DNA from: Candidatus Parvarchaeum sp. | GTDB taxonomy: Archaea; Nanobdellota; Nanobdellia; Pacearchaeales; GW2011-AR1 | Assembly (NCBI GenBank): GCA_020724955.1 | Contig: DYFY01000006.1 | Coordinates: 1-59,856 of the forward strand | Reading direction: 5' to 3' | DNA: 59,856 nucleotides | Shown: one piece after another, positions 1 through 8,139 of the stretch | Position numbering within the stretch: position 1 is the stretch's first letter | Layout of the letters: every line of letters begins with the position of its first letter | Program-made: the position numbers and the translations under genes | The notes under the pieces: model-generated | Told to the model about the DNA's origin: nothing | The model's database searches: none | Seen by the model: the letters and a program-made list of their open reading frames with translations, nothing else

Positions 1-49
1 GAGATATAACGAGTTCAAACAAGATATGGTCAAATATTTACGTCCTTAG

Positions 50-307
50 CTATAGAATTTCTATTGTGGAAGCCTGAGAAATACTGGCAGTCAAAGACGA
101 ATCACTCCCCTTATAATTTATCTGAATTCCCAAATTGGGTTGAATTGCATCGCTCCTTGTCACATACACTAAAACACTTTTTCCTCTGACATCTACTTTT
201 CCTTCTATTCTGTTTTTTCCGCTTGCGTCATTTTGAAAATTTTCTATTTTAGCTCTTTCCAGAACAATTCTTAGGAGATTATAATCCTGAAAATAATTGG
301 CATTCAT
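50..307 (-). CDS. hypothetical protein, 85 aa
   Basis: ATG ORF from the track with no recognisable motif. It is isolated at the window edge. Confidence 0.3.
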   Translation of the reverse strand: MNANYFQDYNLLRIVLERAKIENFQNDASGKNRIEGKVDVRGKSVLVYVTRSDAIQPNLGIQINYKGSDSSLTASISQASTIEIL

Positions 308-664
308 AAATACAGGTTTTTTCAGCAGTTCTTAAAAATTGTTATGTTTGGGATAAACTGAAGAAATAATTGAAGAAAATTGGAAAATGTTGTGTTAAGA
401 TTGTATCAGTATACATGGTCTGTCGGAATTAAATCTTCTTGTCCCAGATCATGTGAGATTAACTGATATCGAATTCGGTATTTCTATTAATGTTTTTTTG
501 GCTGAAGTGATATCTGAAGCTTGTCCGATTCCATTGAAATAAGAGGCTCTTGCTTCGAATGTTGCCGGAGAATCCCGGCTGACTAAGACAGCTCTGGTTG
601 GTAGCCACTCTGAATAAGAAATAGCTTTTATGAAAAGATTTTGATGTTTAGTTATTAAAAACTT

Positions 665-1630
665 ATGTGGTGTGCCTCTGGATTTGGCAAGATATATAAA
701 GTTACGAGCTCTGATTTTTGGATGGCTAGGAAAGTTGCTAAAGCAGGGTTAGTTATTGTTTGTGTTTTTCTTGCTTTTGTGGTTGTTGGGTTGTTTTTGG
801 GATTGGTCAATATAAAGGGAGTTTTTGCTTCTTCTAGTGATGAAAAAATTTTAGAAACCAAGTCTCCTTGTCCTTATATTAGGTTAAATCAAATAGCTAG
901 ACTTGACAATGTCGATAATCAAGGCAATGGGGCTTTTGTTGCTCCCGAAAATATCCCTTATACTCATGTTAAGTTCAACGAGTTTGGTGCAGTAATAGAT
1001 CACGCTTCCTTTCCTGTTGGTAACTTCAACTTAAATGGAATCGATTGTAAACAACTGCCGGATAAATCCAAAGTAATAGAATATCTTGACCTAACTGAAT
1101 GTATCGGAGACTTGAGAGACGGAATAAATAGCTTTCACAACTCGCCTGCAAGAAAGTTTGACCTTCATATGATTAATGCAAGTTCCTTTGAGTTTGATTT
1201 TATTTCCTACTCAAATGAGTCTGCTGAAAAGGCTATTGTCAAAGCAGAGCATTTGGACGAAAATAGGAATTTTATTTCAGATATAACTCAAAAAGTTTCT
1301 AATCTTGATGGTGTCTGGTCTGAAAAAATACCAGAGGGGCATTATGTAAGAGTAGAATTCGATAGACCTCTTTCTAATTCTTGGACTCCTTATACACTGT
1401 ATAACTACTCTTATATTAATATTCATCCCAGATTTGAGTATGCTAATGGAAGCCAAGCAATAGTTATTTATGAAGCAGATCAGAATGAAATTTTTGCCCA
1501 CAATTTCGGCAATTCTGCTCTAAAAGAAAATCAAAATAACACTTTTTTGCTCTGGCAAATGGGCCTTCAGAACAACACTTATATTAGAGAGATACTTTTG
1601 GAAATGGAAATCAGGCCTGCAAATTGCTAA
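665..1630 (+). CDS. membrane-anchored hypothetical protein with Asn-rich ectodomain
   Basis: 321-aa ORF with an N-terminal hydrophobic helix, AGLVIVCVFLAFVVVGLFLGLV. An alternative start is Met20 at 722. Antisense ORFs 655..861 and 1277..1501 look like shadows. Confidence 0.6.
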   Translation: MWCASGFGKIYKVTSSDFWMARKVAKAGLVIVCVFLAFVVVGLFLGLVNIKGVFASSSDEKILETKSPCPYIRLNQIARLDNVDNQGNGAFVAPENIPYTHVKFNEFGAVIDHASFPVGNFNLNGIDCKQLPDKSKVIEYLDLTECIGDLRDGINSFHNSPARKFDLHMINASSFEFDFISYSNESAEKAIVKAEHLDENRNFISDITQKVSNLDGVWSEKIPEGHYVRVEFDRPLSNSWTPYTLYNYSYINIHPRFEYANGSQAIVIYEADQNEIFAHNFGNSALKENQNNTFLLWQMGLQNNTYIREILLEMEIRPANC

Positions 1631-1699
1631 ACCTTTGCTTGAAAGAATTATATCAAGAACGAAGTGCTTTAATCATTAGCTTTATCCTTTCTCATCTAG

Positions 1700-1870
1700 C
1701 ATTTCTGCATTTTTCTTTAAATCTGAGGGGTCTTCTTTAATAATCTTTCAAATAATAATCAAGTCTACTCTGAAATAATGATGTATATCTTGTTTCTTGT
1801 TCTAATTGTTTCTTTCTAAGGAATTTCCGGGTGTTTTTTTAAAAGACATCGAAAGATTTTTTGCTTTAAG
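1700..1870 (-). pseudogene. decayed 3' fragment of a DUF86/HEPN toxin gene (paralog of 3772..4125)
   Basis: About 170 nt align by eye at roughly 75 percent identity to about 3800..3975. The minus frame reads ..IHHYFRVDLIII*.. where the intact copy has RIIHHYFGVDLDIIW. There are at least two in-frame stops. Confidence 0.7.
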
Positions 1871-1956
1871 TTTTTCATAGATTATTGTGGTAAAGCAAGG
1901 AAAAATCGGTCGTCTAAAAGTATATAAAAGAAATATTCCGTAATATTATTGTTAAG

Positions 1957-2184
1957 ATGAATAGAGTCCAGTGGTTCGTTCTCGGAGCAGGGTTGATAAT
2001 CTTTGGATGGTACCTCATGAATTTTGGAGAACTTAGTTGCGCCGATCTTAATGATTTTGAAACATCTATAACTGCCTGTTTTGTGAGGAGATATGCTTAC
2101 ACGATTCCTGCGATGGTTAGTTATGTATTGGGCTTCTTGTCAGTTATTTTGGGATTTTTAGAATTTAAAAAAAATGAAAAATAA
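1957..2184 (+). CDS. small membrane protein (2 TM), 75 aa
   Basis: Two hydrophobic helices. Overlaps the next ORF by 11 nt. Confidence 0.5.
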   Translation: MNRVQWFVLGAGLIIFGWYLMNFGELSCADLNDFETSITACFVRRYAYTIPAMVSYVLGFLSVILGFLEFKKNEK

Positions 2185-3061
2185 ACCGAATGAAGGAAGG
2201 AATAAAAAGATAAGCTGGTGGCAAGATGAGAAAGAAACTATAAAAATAGAGGTTAGCTCATGTTTTAGGACTTTATTTTTGGTCGTGGGTGGAGTCTTGC
2301 TTGGGGTTGTTTTACTTGGTATTTTTAATTCGGAGATTATGAGAATTTTGATCAATATATTTGAAAGAAATATTGGATCATTGGAGACCAGTCTTTTGAT
2401 TGGATATCTTCATGAAGGATGGTGGCTTCTCATCTTTGCTGTTCTTTCTATTTTTCTTCTTGGCTTGTTCATTAAGGGCAAATTAGAATTAGTTAAGGGT
2501 AACTTTTTTTGGACATTCTTGACACTTTTATTTGTAATTTTAGGGCTTGTTTTTGGCTTGATACTCATAGATAATTTAAGTAAAGCTAAACACATAGAAT
2601 TAAATCTTCAAAATGTTCAGACTAGGACATATGGTGGAAATGTTAGTTGTTGGAGAATGCAGGATGGGGGTAAGTTAATTTATGCTGGAGATCCTTTTGA
2701 GTGTGCATTCTATGAGATAACACATCTGAAAGATAAATTCTTATTAGTGGATATGAGGCTAGAAAATGGAACGATTATCACGAAGGCGAATCAGGATGGC
2801 TCTTCATCAATTAGCAATATTATTGCTCCTAAGGATATGGAATATATTTCTTTTACAATAAGGGGAAAACGGGTTGACTATCCCAATACTCGCCTGAGTT
2901 TTTCTACAGGCTATCCAAGAACATTTCTTACTAGAGAAGAGTATGAAGAGAATAGGAGATTGTTTACATCCTATGTTATTGGTCTAATTGGAATCCTATT
3001 ATTTGCTGTGCCTACCTTTATTATAAATTTGAGGAATATAATGAAAAAGAAAAACATTTAG
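2174..3061 (+). CDS. multi-pass membrane protein, hypothetical
   Basis: 295-aa ORF with several hydrophobic segments, a soluble central domain and a C-terminal TM helix. Confidence 0.6.
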   Translation: MKNKPNEGRNKKISWWQDEKETIKIEVSSCFRTLFLVVGGVLLGVVLLGIFNSEIMRILINIFERNIGSLETSLLIGYLHEGWWLLIFAVLSIFLLGLFIKGKLELVKGNFFWTFLTLLFVILGLVFGLILIDNLSKAKHIELNLQNVQTRTYGGNVSCWRMQDGGKLIYAGDPFECAFYEITHLKDKFLLVDMRLENGTIITKANQDGSSSISNIIAPKDMEYISFTIRGKRVDYPNTRLSFSTGYPRTFLTREEYEENRRLFTSYVIGLIGILLFAVPTFIINLRNIMKKKNI

Positions 3062-3131
3062 ATCTTCTATCTTGGCTACCTTATAGAAAACATATATAAG
3101 GAAGTGTTCAATAGTCTTTTTGTTATGGAAA

Positions 3132-3296
3132 ATGAATAAACAGAAAAGAGACTATTCTTGGATTGTGATTATAATCCTCGGAATTTTATTTGGTTTTATA
3201 ATTGACGATTTAATTGTGGCAGTTATTTTCATTATTCTTGTGTTTTATTTTCATGATCTTGAAAAAAGAGTTTCAGTGCTGGAGAAGAAAAAATGA
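3132..3296 (+). CDS. small membrane protein, 54 aa (below track cutoff)
   Basis: Manual translation gives MNKQKRDYSWIVIIILGILFGFIIDDLIVAVIFIILVFYFHDLEKRVSVLEKKK. Its TGA overlaps the ATG of the next ORF (ATGA coupling). Confidence 0.45.
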   Translation: MNKQKRDYSWIVIIILGILFGFIIDDLIVAVIFIILVFYFHDLEKRVSVLEKKK

Positions 3297-3682
3297 GAAA
3301 AGAAAATCTAATATTGATATTGATAATTTTGGGAATGATAATCATCCTTGTGTTAAACGTAATAATATTGCAATTAATTAATAGAATAGAAAGTGATGAT
3401 ACCCAACCAATCTTGGAAAAAACAACAGAAATCACAATTGAAGATTGCAAAGCTATCGCAGAAGAAAGTGAAAGAAAAAGAATTAAGTGTAATGAACTAG
3501 GATTACAGGTTTCAGGATTAGGTGAGTTTAGATGCTATCCTACAAATGCAGGAAAAAGTGAATGTAATATAGGGCTTTCGAGAATTAATGAAGAAGCTAA
3601 AATTATTGGAGGTTGTGAAACAAACTTCCCTACAAGAGAAACAGCATTAGCTAATTGTTTAAGGTATGTTGATGACTTTTGA
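3293..3682 (+). CDS. secreted or membrane-anchored Cys-containing hypothetical protein
   Basis: N-terminal TM or signal helix ILILIILGMIIILVLNVIILQLI followed by a 90-aa domain with 6 Cys. Confidence 0.55.
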   Translation: MRKENLILILIILGMIIILVLNVIILQLINRIESDDTQPILEKTTEITIEDCKAIAEESERKRIKCNELGLQVSGLGEFRCYPTNAGKSECNIGLSRINEEAKIIGGCETNFPTRETALANCLRYVDDF

Positions 3683-3771
3683 GCTAGTAAGTCTGTTTTT
3701 AAAAGATAAGAAATTTCTTTGGGGATGATAACGAAGATGTGGGGACTACACAAAGGACAAAAGTGTTCGGG

Positions 3772-4125
3772 TTAGCGGATTTGTTCTTCTTTATCTAATA
3801 TTTCCTGTATTTTTTTCTTTAAATCTGGAAGATCTTTTTTAACAATCTCCCAAATAATATCAAGATCTACTCCAAAATAATGATGTATAATTCTATCTCT
3901 TGTCCCAATTATCTCTTTCCATGAGATTTCTGAATGTTTTTCTTTAAAAGATGTTGAAAGATTTTTTGCTGCTTCTCCAACAACTTCTATTGCTCTAACA
4001 ATCGCATATTGTTTTTGTTTGTTTCTTTCTAATTCCTTTTTTGTCAGGTTTCTGGAGAAATCCTCTACGTTTTTTATATTTTCAAGGATATGTTTAACAA
4101 AAATTAATTGATTTTCCTTATTCAT
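3772..4125 (-). CDS. hepT: HEPN-domain (DUF86) toxin of a HEPN-MNT toxin-antitoxin pair
   Basis: 117 aa with the Rx4-6H motif in TRDRIIHHYFGVD. Overlaps the upstream nucleotidyltransferase gene by 4 nt. Confidence 0.85.
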   Translation of the reverse strand: MNKENQLIFVKHILENIKNVEDFSRNLTKKELERNKQKQYAIVRAIEVVGEAAKNLSTSFKEKHSEISWKEIIGTRDRIIHHYFGVDLDIIWEIVKKDLPDLKKKIQEILDKEEQIR

Positions 4126-4589
4126 AATATTCTAACCTCTTCATCCAAAATTCTTTTTTTTAATAAGGGATGGATACTTTTATATGTAACTAGATCAACT
4201 TTTCTTCCCAATTTATCTTCTAATTCTAAAGCAATGCGCACAAACCCCAAGCCTATGCCTTTTGGTAGCTCAATTAAAATATCTATGTCGCTGTTCTTTT
4301 TTTGTTCACCCTTAGCATAACTCCCAAAAATGCCTGCTTTTTTAACTTTGTTTTTCTTCAATAGAGGGATTATTTTTGATTTGATATCTTTTATATTTTT
4401 ACTTATTTTCTTTCTCTTATCTGCTAACAGTCCTTTATCTGCTTCTCTTTCTTCTTCATGAAGTTTCTCTTCAGTTAAATTAATTCCAAGGTATTTTCTT
4501 TTCTTAGAAACTTTTTTTCCTTTTCTTATGGAGATGACTCTATAATAATATTTCTTTCCGTTTCTTTCCTTAATTTCAGTATATGCCAT
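4122..4589 (-). CDS. mntA: minimal nucleotidyltransferase (MNT) antitoxin with basic N-terminal extension
   Basis: GIFGSYAKGEQKKNSDIDILI matches the GS-x9-DxD polymerase-beta-type NTase motif. The start was moved to Met29 (MAYTEIK, 4589) because the track ORF extension to 4673 runs into the tRNA. Confidence 0.8.
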   Translation of the reverse strand: MAYTEIKERNGKKYYYRVISIRKGKKVSKKRKYLGINLTEEKLHEEEREADKGLLADKRKKISKNIKDIKSKIIPLLKKNKVKKAGIFGSYAKGEQKKNSDIDILIELPKGIGLGFVRIALELEDKLGRKVDLVTYKSIHPLLKKRILDEEVRIL

Positions 4590-4672
4590 AAAAATTGTAC
4601 GTCTACAACCCTTATAAACCTTTCTGTGTGGACGTAAGATAAAGTGTTTGGGACTAAAACATGTTGTAACCA

Positions 4673-4801
4673 TGCGAGGGGTAGGATTCGAACCTACGAA
4701 GGCACTGAGCCACAGGATTGCTTACAATCCTGGCTTACACCTGCTCTAACGAGCAGGGGACGTCTTAAGTCCTGCGCATTTGACCGCTTTGCTACCCTCG
4801 C
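4673..4801 (-). tRNA. tRNA-Leu (anticodon UAA) with a ~45-nt intron after position 37
   Basis: Minus-strand read: GCGAGGG-TA-GCA(D loop)TGC-G-CAGGA-CTTAAG[insert ~4719..4763]A-TCCTG, then long variable arm GGCTCAGTGCC, then GTAGG-TTCGAAT-CCTAC-CCCTCGC-A. The cloverleaf closes only after removing the insert. Confidence 0.8.
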
Positions 4802-4845
4802 ATTAAATAACTGGCAAAAGTTAGTATAAAAATATTTAGTGCCTT

Positions 4846-5061
4846 TTATTTTCCTCTAGTGGATAGATAAATCTCTCTTATTCCATCGCACACGTATCTC
4901 ATTCTATTATCTGGATTACGCCAGTCAAAATCCGTTCCAAAAGAACTGCTCTCTTCTGTGTGATGTGTATTATCGTATCTTTCTCTAAGAGTTTTAAGCC
5001 AATCTGCAATAACTCTATCGGGAACTTCATCAAATATCTCTTTTATCTTAATTTCTGCCAT
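4846..5061 (-). CDS. hypothetical protein, 71 aa
   Basis: ATG ORF with plausible composition and no recognised motif. Confidence 0.4.
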   Translation of the reverse strand: MAEIKIKEIFDEVPDRVIADWLKTLRERYDNTHHTEESSSFGTDFDWRNPDNRMRYVCDGIREIYLSTRGK

Positions 5062-5118
5062 GGAAGCAAAACTTGCTGAAACTAGTTTTTAAACTCTGGC
5101 TGGAACTATCCGGAGAAA

Positions 5119-5280
5119 CTATAAAGGATCATCTATTTTTTCAATAATCTCTTTTGCTTTTTCTGTCACATGCTGGATTACCTGCTCTTCAGTTGCTCTC
5201 GGATTTTTTGACTTGAATCTTGCCGCATGCGCCGCCCCTGCAATTACCGCCATTCTTAATCTTTTTTCTTCATCCTGCAT
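5119..5280 (-). CDS. small hypothetical protein, 53 aa (below track cutoff)
   Basis: Manual translation gives MQDEEKRLRMAVIAGAAHAARFKSKNPRATEEQVIQHVTEKAKEIIEKIDDPL. It fills an otherwise empty gap. Confidence 0.35.
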   Translation of the reverse strand: MQDEEKRLRMAVIAGAAHAARFKSKNPRATEEQVIQHVTEKAKEIIEKIDDPL

Positions 5281-5384
5281 TTTTTTGAGTTGAAGACTTA
5301 TTATTTAAGGATTGTTGTGTTGCCTTCTCTGTGTTATTTGTCTCATTCCAATAAAGTTTTAAATTGCCTGCCTCTAGGAAAGCG

Positions 5385-5837
5385 ATGCTGAGTAAATATA
5401 GAAGAAACAGACTGGTGAACATCAATACAAATGTGGTGATAGCGAGCGTTTTGGGAACAGCGCTTGCTGCTTTTCCTGTCCACCTTACAAAAATGATAAC
5501 ACATTCCGAATTGGCCATAGTGGCTATTTCTTTTTTTATCGATGGCATTTTTGATGTTGTTATTTTTATGGGCCTGCACATCCTCATCCATAAAGAGCAT
5601 ATTAAGGGGCTGAAGCCTTCGAGGGCAATAATTGATGATTTGTTAAAAATACAAAGCCAAAGAGTAGTGCTGTCTGTTATTTATCTTGTTTTCGCGATTG
5701 GAGGGCATTATATTCTGTTGATTTTTGGAGTTGAGAGAACAATTGCTTTTATTGCTTCTTATTTGGGAGCGCTGGTTGTGAGCAGAAGCGTGCATACCCT
5801 CTATGGATTAAAAACCGGCTTGTTTGAGAAGATTTAA
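5385..5837 (+). CDS. membrane protein, hypothetical (4 TM)
   Basis: The track ORF 5364 starts at TTG; the first ATG is at 5385 (MLSKYRRN). Several hydrophobic helices. Overlapping minus ORFs 5270..5600 are judged shadows. Confidence 0.55.
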   Translation: MLSKYRRNRLVNINTNVVIASVLGTALAAFPVHLTKMITHSELAIVAISFFIDGIFDVVIFMGLHILIHKEHIKGLKPSRAIIDDLLKIQSQRVVLSVIYLVFAIGGHYILLIFGVERTIAFIASYLGALVVSRSVHTLYGLKTGLFEKI

Positions 5838-5874
5838 TAATTGTTTTGCTTGTTTGAATTCATTCAAAAAAGGC

Positions 5875-6642
5875 ATGGAAGAGTATAAGCCGTTTATAAG
5901 CGGTCCTGGAAAAATAAAACTTGAGAAAGGCAAAAAGCCGTATGTAAAAAAATTCTGCAGTATTGCGGGTTTTGATGTCTGGCTTGTTGACGGGGAGTAT
6001 ATAAGAAAAAACATCTGCGAGGATTTTGTTAATTGTGATGAACATTATCACTTAAAGTTTATTCCAAAAAATGAATTTTGGATTGATAAACGGGCGAGAA
6101 GGGGAGAAGATGTTTTTTTCATTGACCATTTGCTTGCTGAAAACAGACTGATGGCCAGGGGCATGAATTTTGAAGATGCTTATGACAAAGCCGCTGTTGT
6201 TGAGCAACACGAGAGAGACAAATCAAGGCTTGCCAAAAAGCTTAAAAAAGTCAGGAAAAATGAGGCGCTTCTTGATAAAATAAGGAAAAGGTTAATAAAA
6301 AAATATACAGATAAAATTAAAATCTGGCTGGTTAATGGGGAGGCAGTAAGAGACTTATTTTCCATCGGCTTTGGATTAACCGGATTTGGAGGGGGAGGGC
6401 ATGACCGAGTTTATAATTTCATTCCTAATAATGAGATATGGATTGATGAGCAAATTTCCCCTAAAGAGAGGAAATTTATCATTGTACATGAGCTGCATGA
6501 AAGAAATTTGATGGCCAAAGGTATGAAATATTATCCGGCACACAGGAGAGCCACTGAAATCGAAGATTACTGCAGAAAAAACCCTGAAAAAACCGACGGA
6601 AAAATAAAAGAGGAGATGAAAAAACAGAAGATTTTCGGCTAA
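5875..6642 (+). CDS. hypothetical protein built from a tandem duplication of an unknown ~85-aa domain
   Basis: Repeat 1 reads WLVDGEYIR..HYHLKFIPKNEFWIDK..FFIDHLLAENRLMARGMNFEDAY. Repeat 2 reads WLVNGEAVR..HDRVYNFIPNNEIWIDE..FIIVHELHERNLMAKGMKYYPAH. The ATG at 5875 is preferred over the TTG at 5824. Confidence 0.65.
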   Translation: MEEYKPFISGPGKIKLEKGKKPYVKKFCSIAGFDVWLVDGEYIRKNICEDFVNCDEHYHLKFIPKNEFWIDKRARRGEDVFFIDHLLAENRLMARGMNFEDAYDKAAVVEQHERDKSRLAKKLKKVRKNEALLDKIRKRLIKKYTDKIKIWLVNGEAVRDLFSIGFGLTGFGGGGHDRVYNFIPNNEIWIDEQISPKERKFIIVHELHERNLMAKGMKYYPAHRRATEIEDYCRKNPEKTDGKIKEEMKKQKIFG

Positions 6643-6886
6643 TAAAGAGTATATAATGTATTTTAGAAGGGGCGTCCTGACTGCATATTCAACCAAAAAT
6701 TATGTCTTTTGTAACGCCCAGGTTATGTAAAGTTAAAAGGTGATAGTTGATTTTATCATGGCTGATTTTTATTCTAATATTAATACGAGCATGATAGGTT
6801 ATCATCGATAATTATAGTTTTATACCCGTTCATTATACAGCACCAGCGCCCAATTAATTTATAAAGTTTGACAAATATTATTTGAT

Positions 6887-8110
6887 ATGGGGAAAGCCTT
6901 GAGGATTGGCTTGCTTGCTTTTATGGTATTGTTTTTTATGGCTGGAAGTGTTTCAGCACTAAAAGGCTATGGTTTGTTTAAGAGCGATAAAATAGAAAGA
7001 GCTGAGGAGTTTGGAATGTCTGTTGGGCTTGTTCTTGAGGAACATGACAAAAATGTTCCTGTAAAAGGAATAAAGGTAGAGATATATAAAAACAATGACT
7101 TTGAAGAATTAACGGATAAAAAAACAGAGCCGAAGCCTTATTATTTCTGTTTTTTCGGGCTGAATGGGGAGATAATTGATGGGTGTGGAAAAAGCCGTAT
7201 TCAGACAAAAAACCTCACAAAAACACAAGGAGAGGTGATATTCAGCTGGAATGGAAGCATCTACAACGCAGAAAATGGCTCAGGAATAAATGAAAATTTC
7301 ATAAACAGGTTGATGGTTGACACTATTGATTTTGAGCCCGGGAGCTATCTCGTTAAAACTGATTATTTGCTTGATTTGGCAGAATTCAGCCAGATTTCAG
7401 GAGAGTTTTATGTTTCCCCTTCTGTTTTAGTCAGGATAATTCCGGTTTTTCCGAAAAACGAATCTGTCTTAAGCCCACAGGAAACCAGGTTTTCGTTTGA
7501 GATAGAATATAATGCTTCAGAAGTTCTGAACGAGGAGCCTTTTGGAATAAAAAAATGTTACCTGAAGATTTCTGACAAAATTTCAGGCAACTCAACCATT
7601 TATGAAAAAAATTATTCTGAGACAAAAATAATTTATAATGACAGCATTTCCGCTGAAATGGCTGTCGGTGACTATTCTTATCTAATTTCTTGCGAGGACT
7701 CGAAGAAAAGAGTCTGGACGAGCGAGCAGATAGAAATCGAAATTGTATCCCAACAACCTGAGAGCACAATTCCTGCTGAAAGAGATTCTTCTGATGGGGG
7801 ATGCAGAACAAGCTGGGCTTGTGATGAGTGGAGCTCCTGCGACGCCAACGGCCAACAAACAAGGACATGCGAGAAAATAAGGCTAAACTGCTATGCTGAC
7901 CTGAACGAAAAACCTGCCGAAATTCAGAGTTGTGCTCCGGTGCAGAATCTTGCTGCAGACTCAGGACAGCAGGGAATTTTCTCCAGGATAACTGGAGCTG
8001 TAATAGGACTGATTGGAAACGTTGGGATTGCCGGAGTAATTATATTCATTCTCGGCATATCTGGGGCAGCATATTTTGTCTATTTTAGAAGAACAAAAAA
8101 AGGCAAATAG
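6887..8110 (+). CDS. surface protein: Sec signal peptide, large ectodomain, Cys-rich module, C-terminal TM anchor
   Basis: N-terminus reads MGKALRIGLLAFMVLFFMAGSVSA. C-terminal helix VIGLIGNVGIAGVIIFILGISGAAYFVYF is followed by RRTKKGK. Cys module: CRTSWACDEWSSCDANGQQTRTC. Confidence 0.7.
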   Translation: MGKALRIGLLAFMVLFFMAGSVSALKGYGLFKSDKIERAEEFGMSVGLVLEEHDKNVPVKGIKVEIYKNNDFEELTDKKTEPKPYYFCFFGLNGEIIDGCGKSRIQTKNLTKTQGEVIFSWNGSIYNAENGSGINENFINRLMVDTIDFEPGSYLVKTDYLLDLAEFSQISGEFYVSPSVLVRIIPVFPKNESVLSPQETRFSFEIEYNASEVLNEEPFGIKKCYLKISDKISGNSTIYEKNYSETKIIYNDSISAEMAVGDYSYLISCEDSKKRVWTSEQIEIEIVSQQPESTIPAERDSSDGGCRTSWACDEWSSCDANGQQTRTCEKIRLNCYADLNEKPAEIQSCAPVQNLAADSGQQGIFSRITGAVIGLIGNVGIAGVIIFILGISGAAYFVYFRRTKKGK

Positions 8111-8139
8111 TTTATTAATTCTTCTCCACCTTCTTATAT

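Noticed and set aside
330-650. Stop-free minus-strand frame reading ..SEWLPTRAVLVSRDSPATFEARASYFNGIGQASDITSAKKTLIEIPNSISVNLT*
   Set aside because: It looks protein-like but I found no ATG, GTG or TTG start, and it is not in the ORF track. It could be a remnant of a larger decayed gene together with 50..307, but I cannot support a call.
4590-4673. N-terminal 28-codon extension of the MNT ORF
   Set aside because: It overlaps the 3' end of the tRNA-Leu gene by 1 nt and encodes an unlikely Cys/Arg/His-rich peptide. The internal Met (MAYTEIK) is the plausible start.
5875-6642. Possible HExxH zinc metalloprotease motif
   Set aside because: The sequence is HELHE (His at positions 1 and 4), not HExxH. 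The first repeat has HLLAE at the same place.
6716-6742. GGTTATGTAAAGTTAAAAGG, resembling the pilin upstream motif and the left end of the 160-bp element
   Set aside because: It lies ~150 nt, not 41 nt, upstream of the next gene, which is a Sec-type surface protein rather than a pilin. I could not extend the similarity convincingly beyond ~14 nt in AT-rich DNA.
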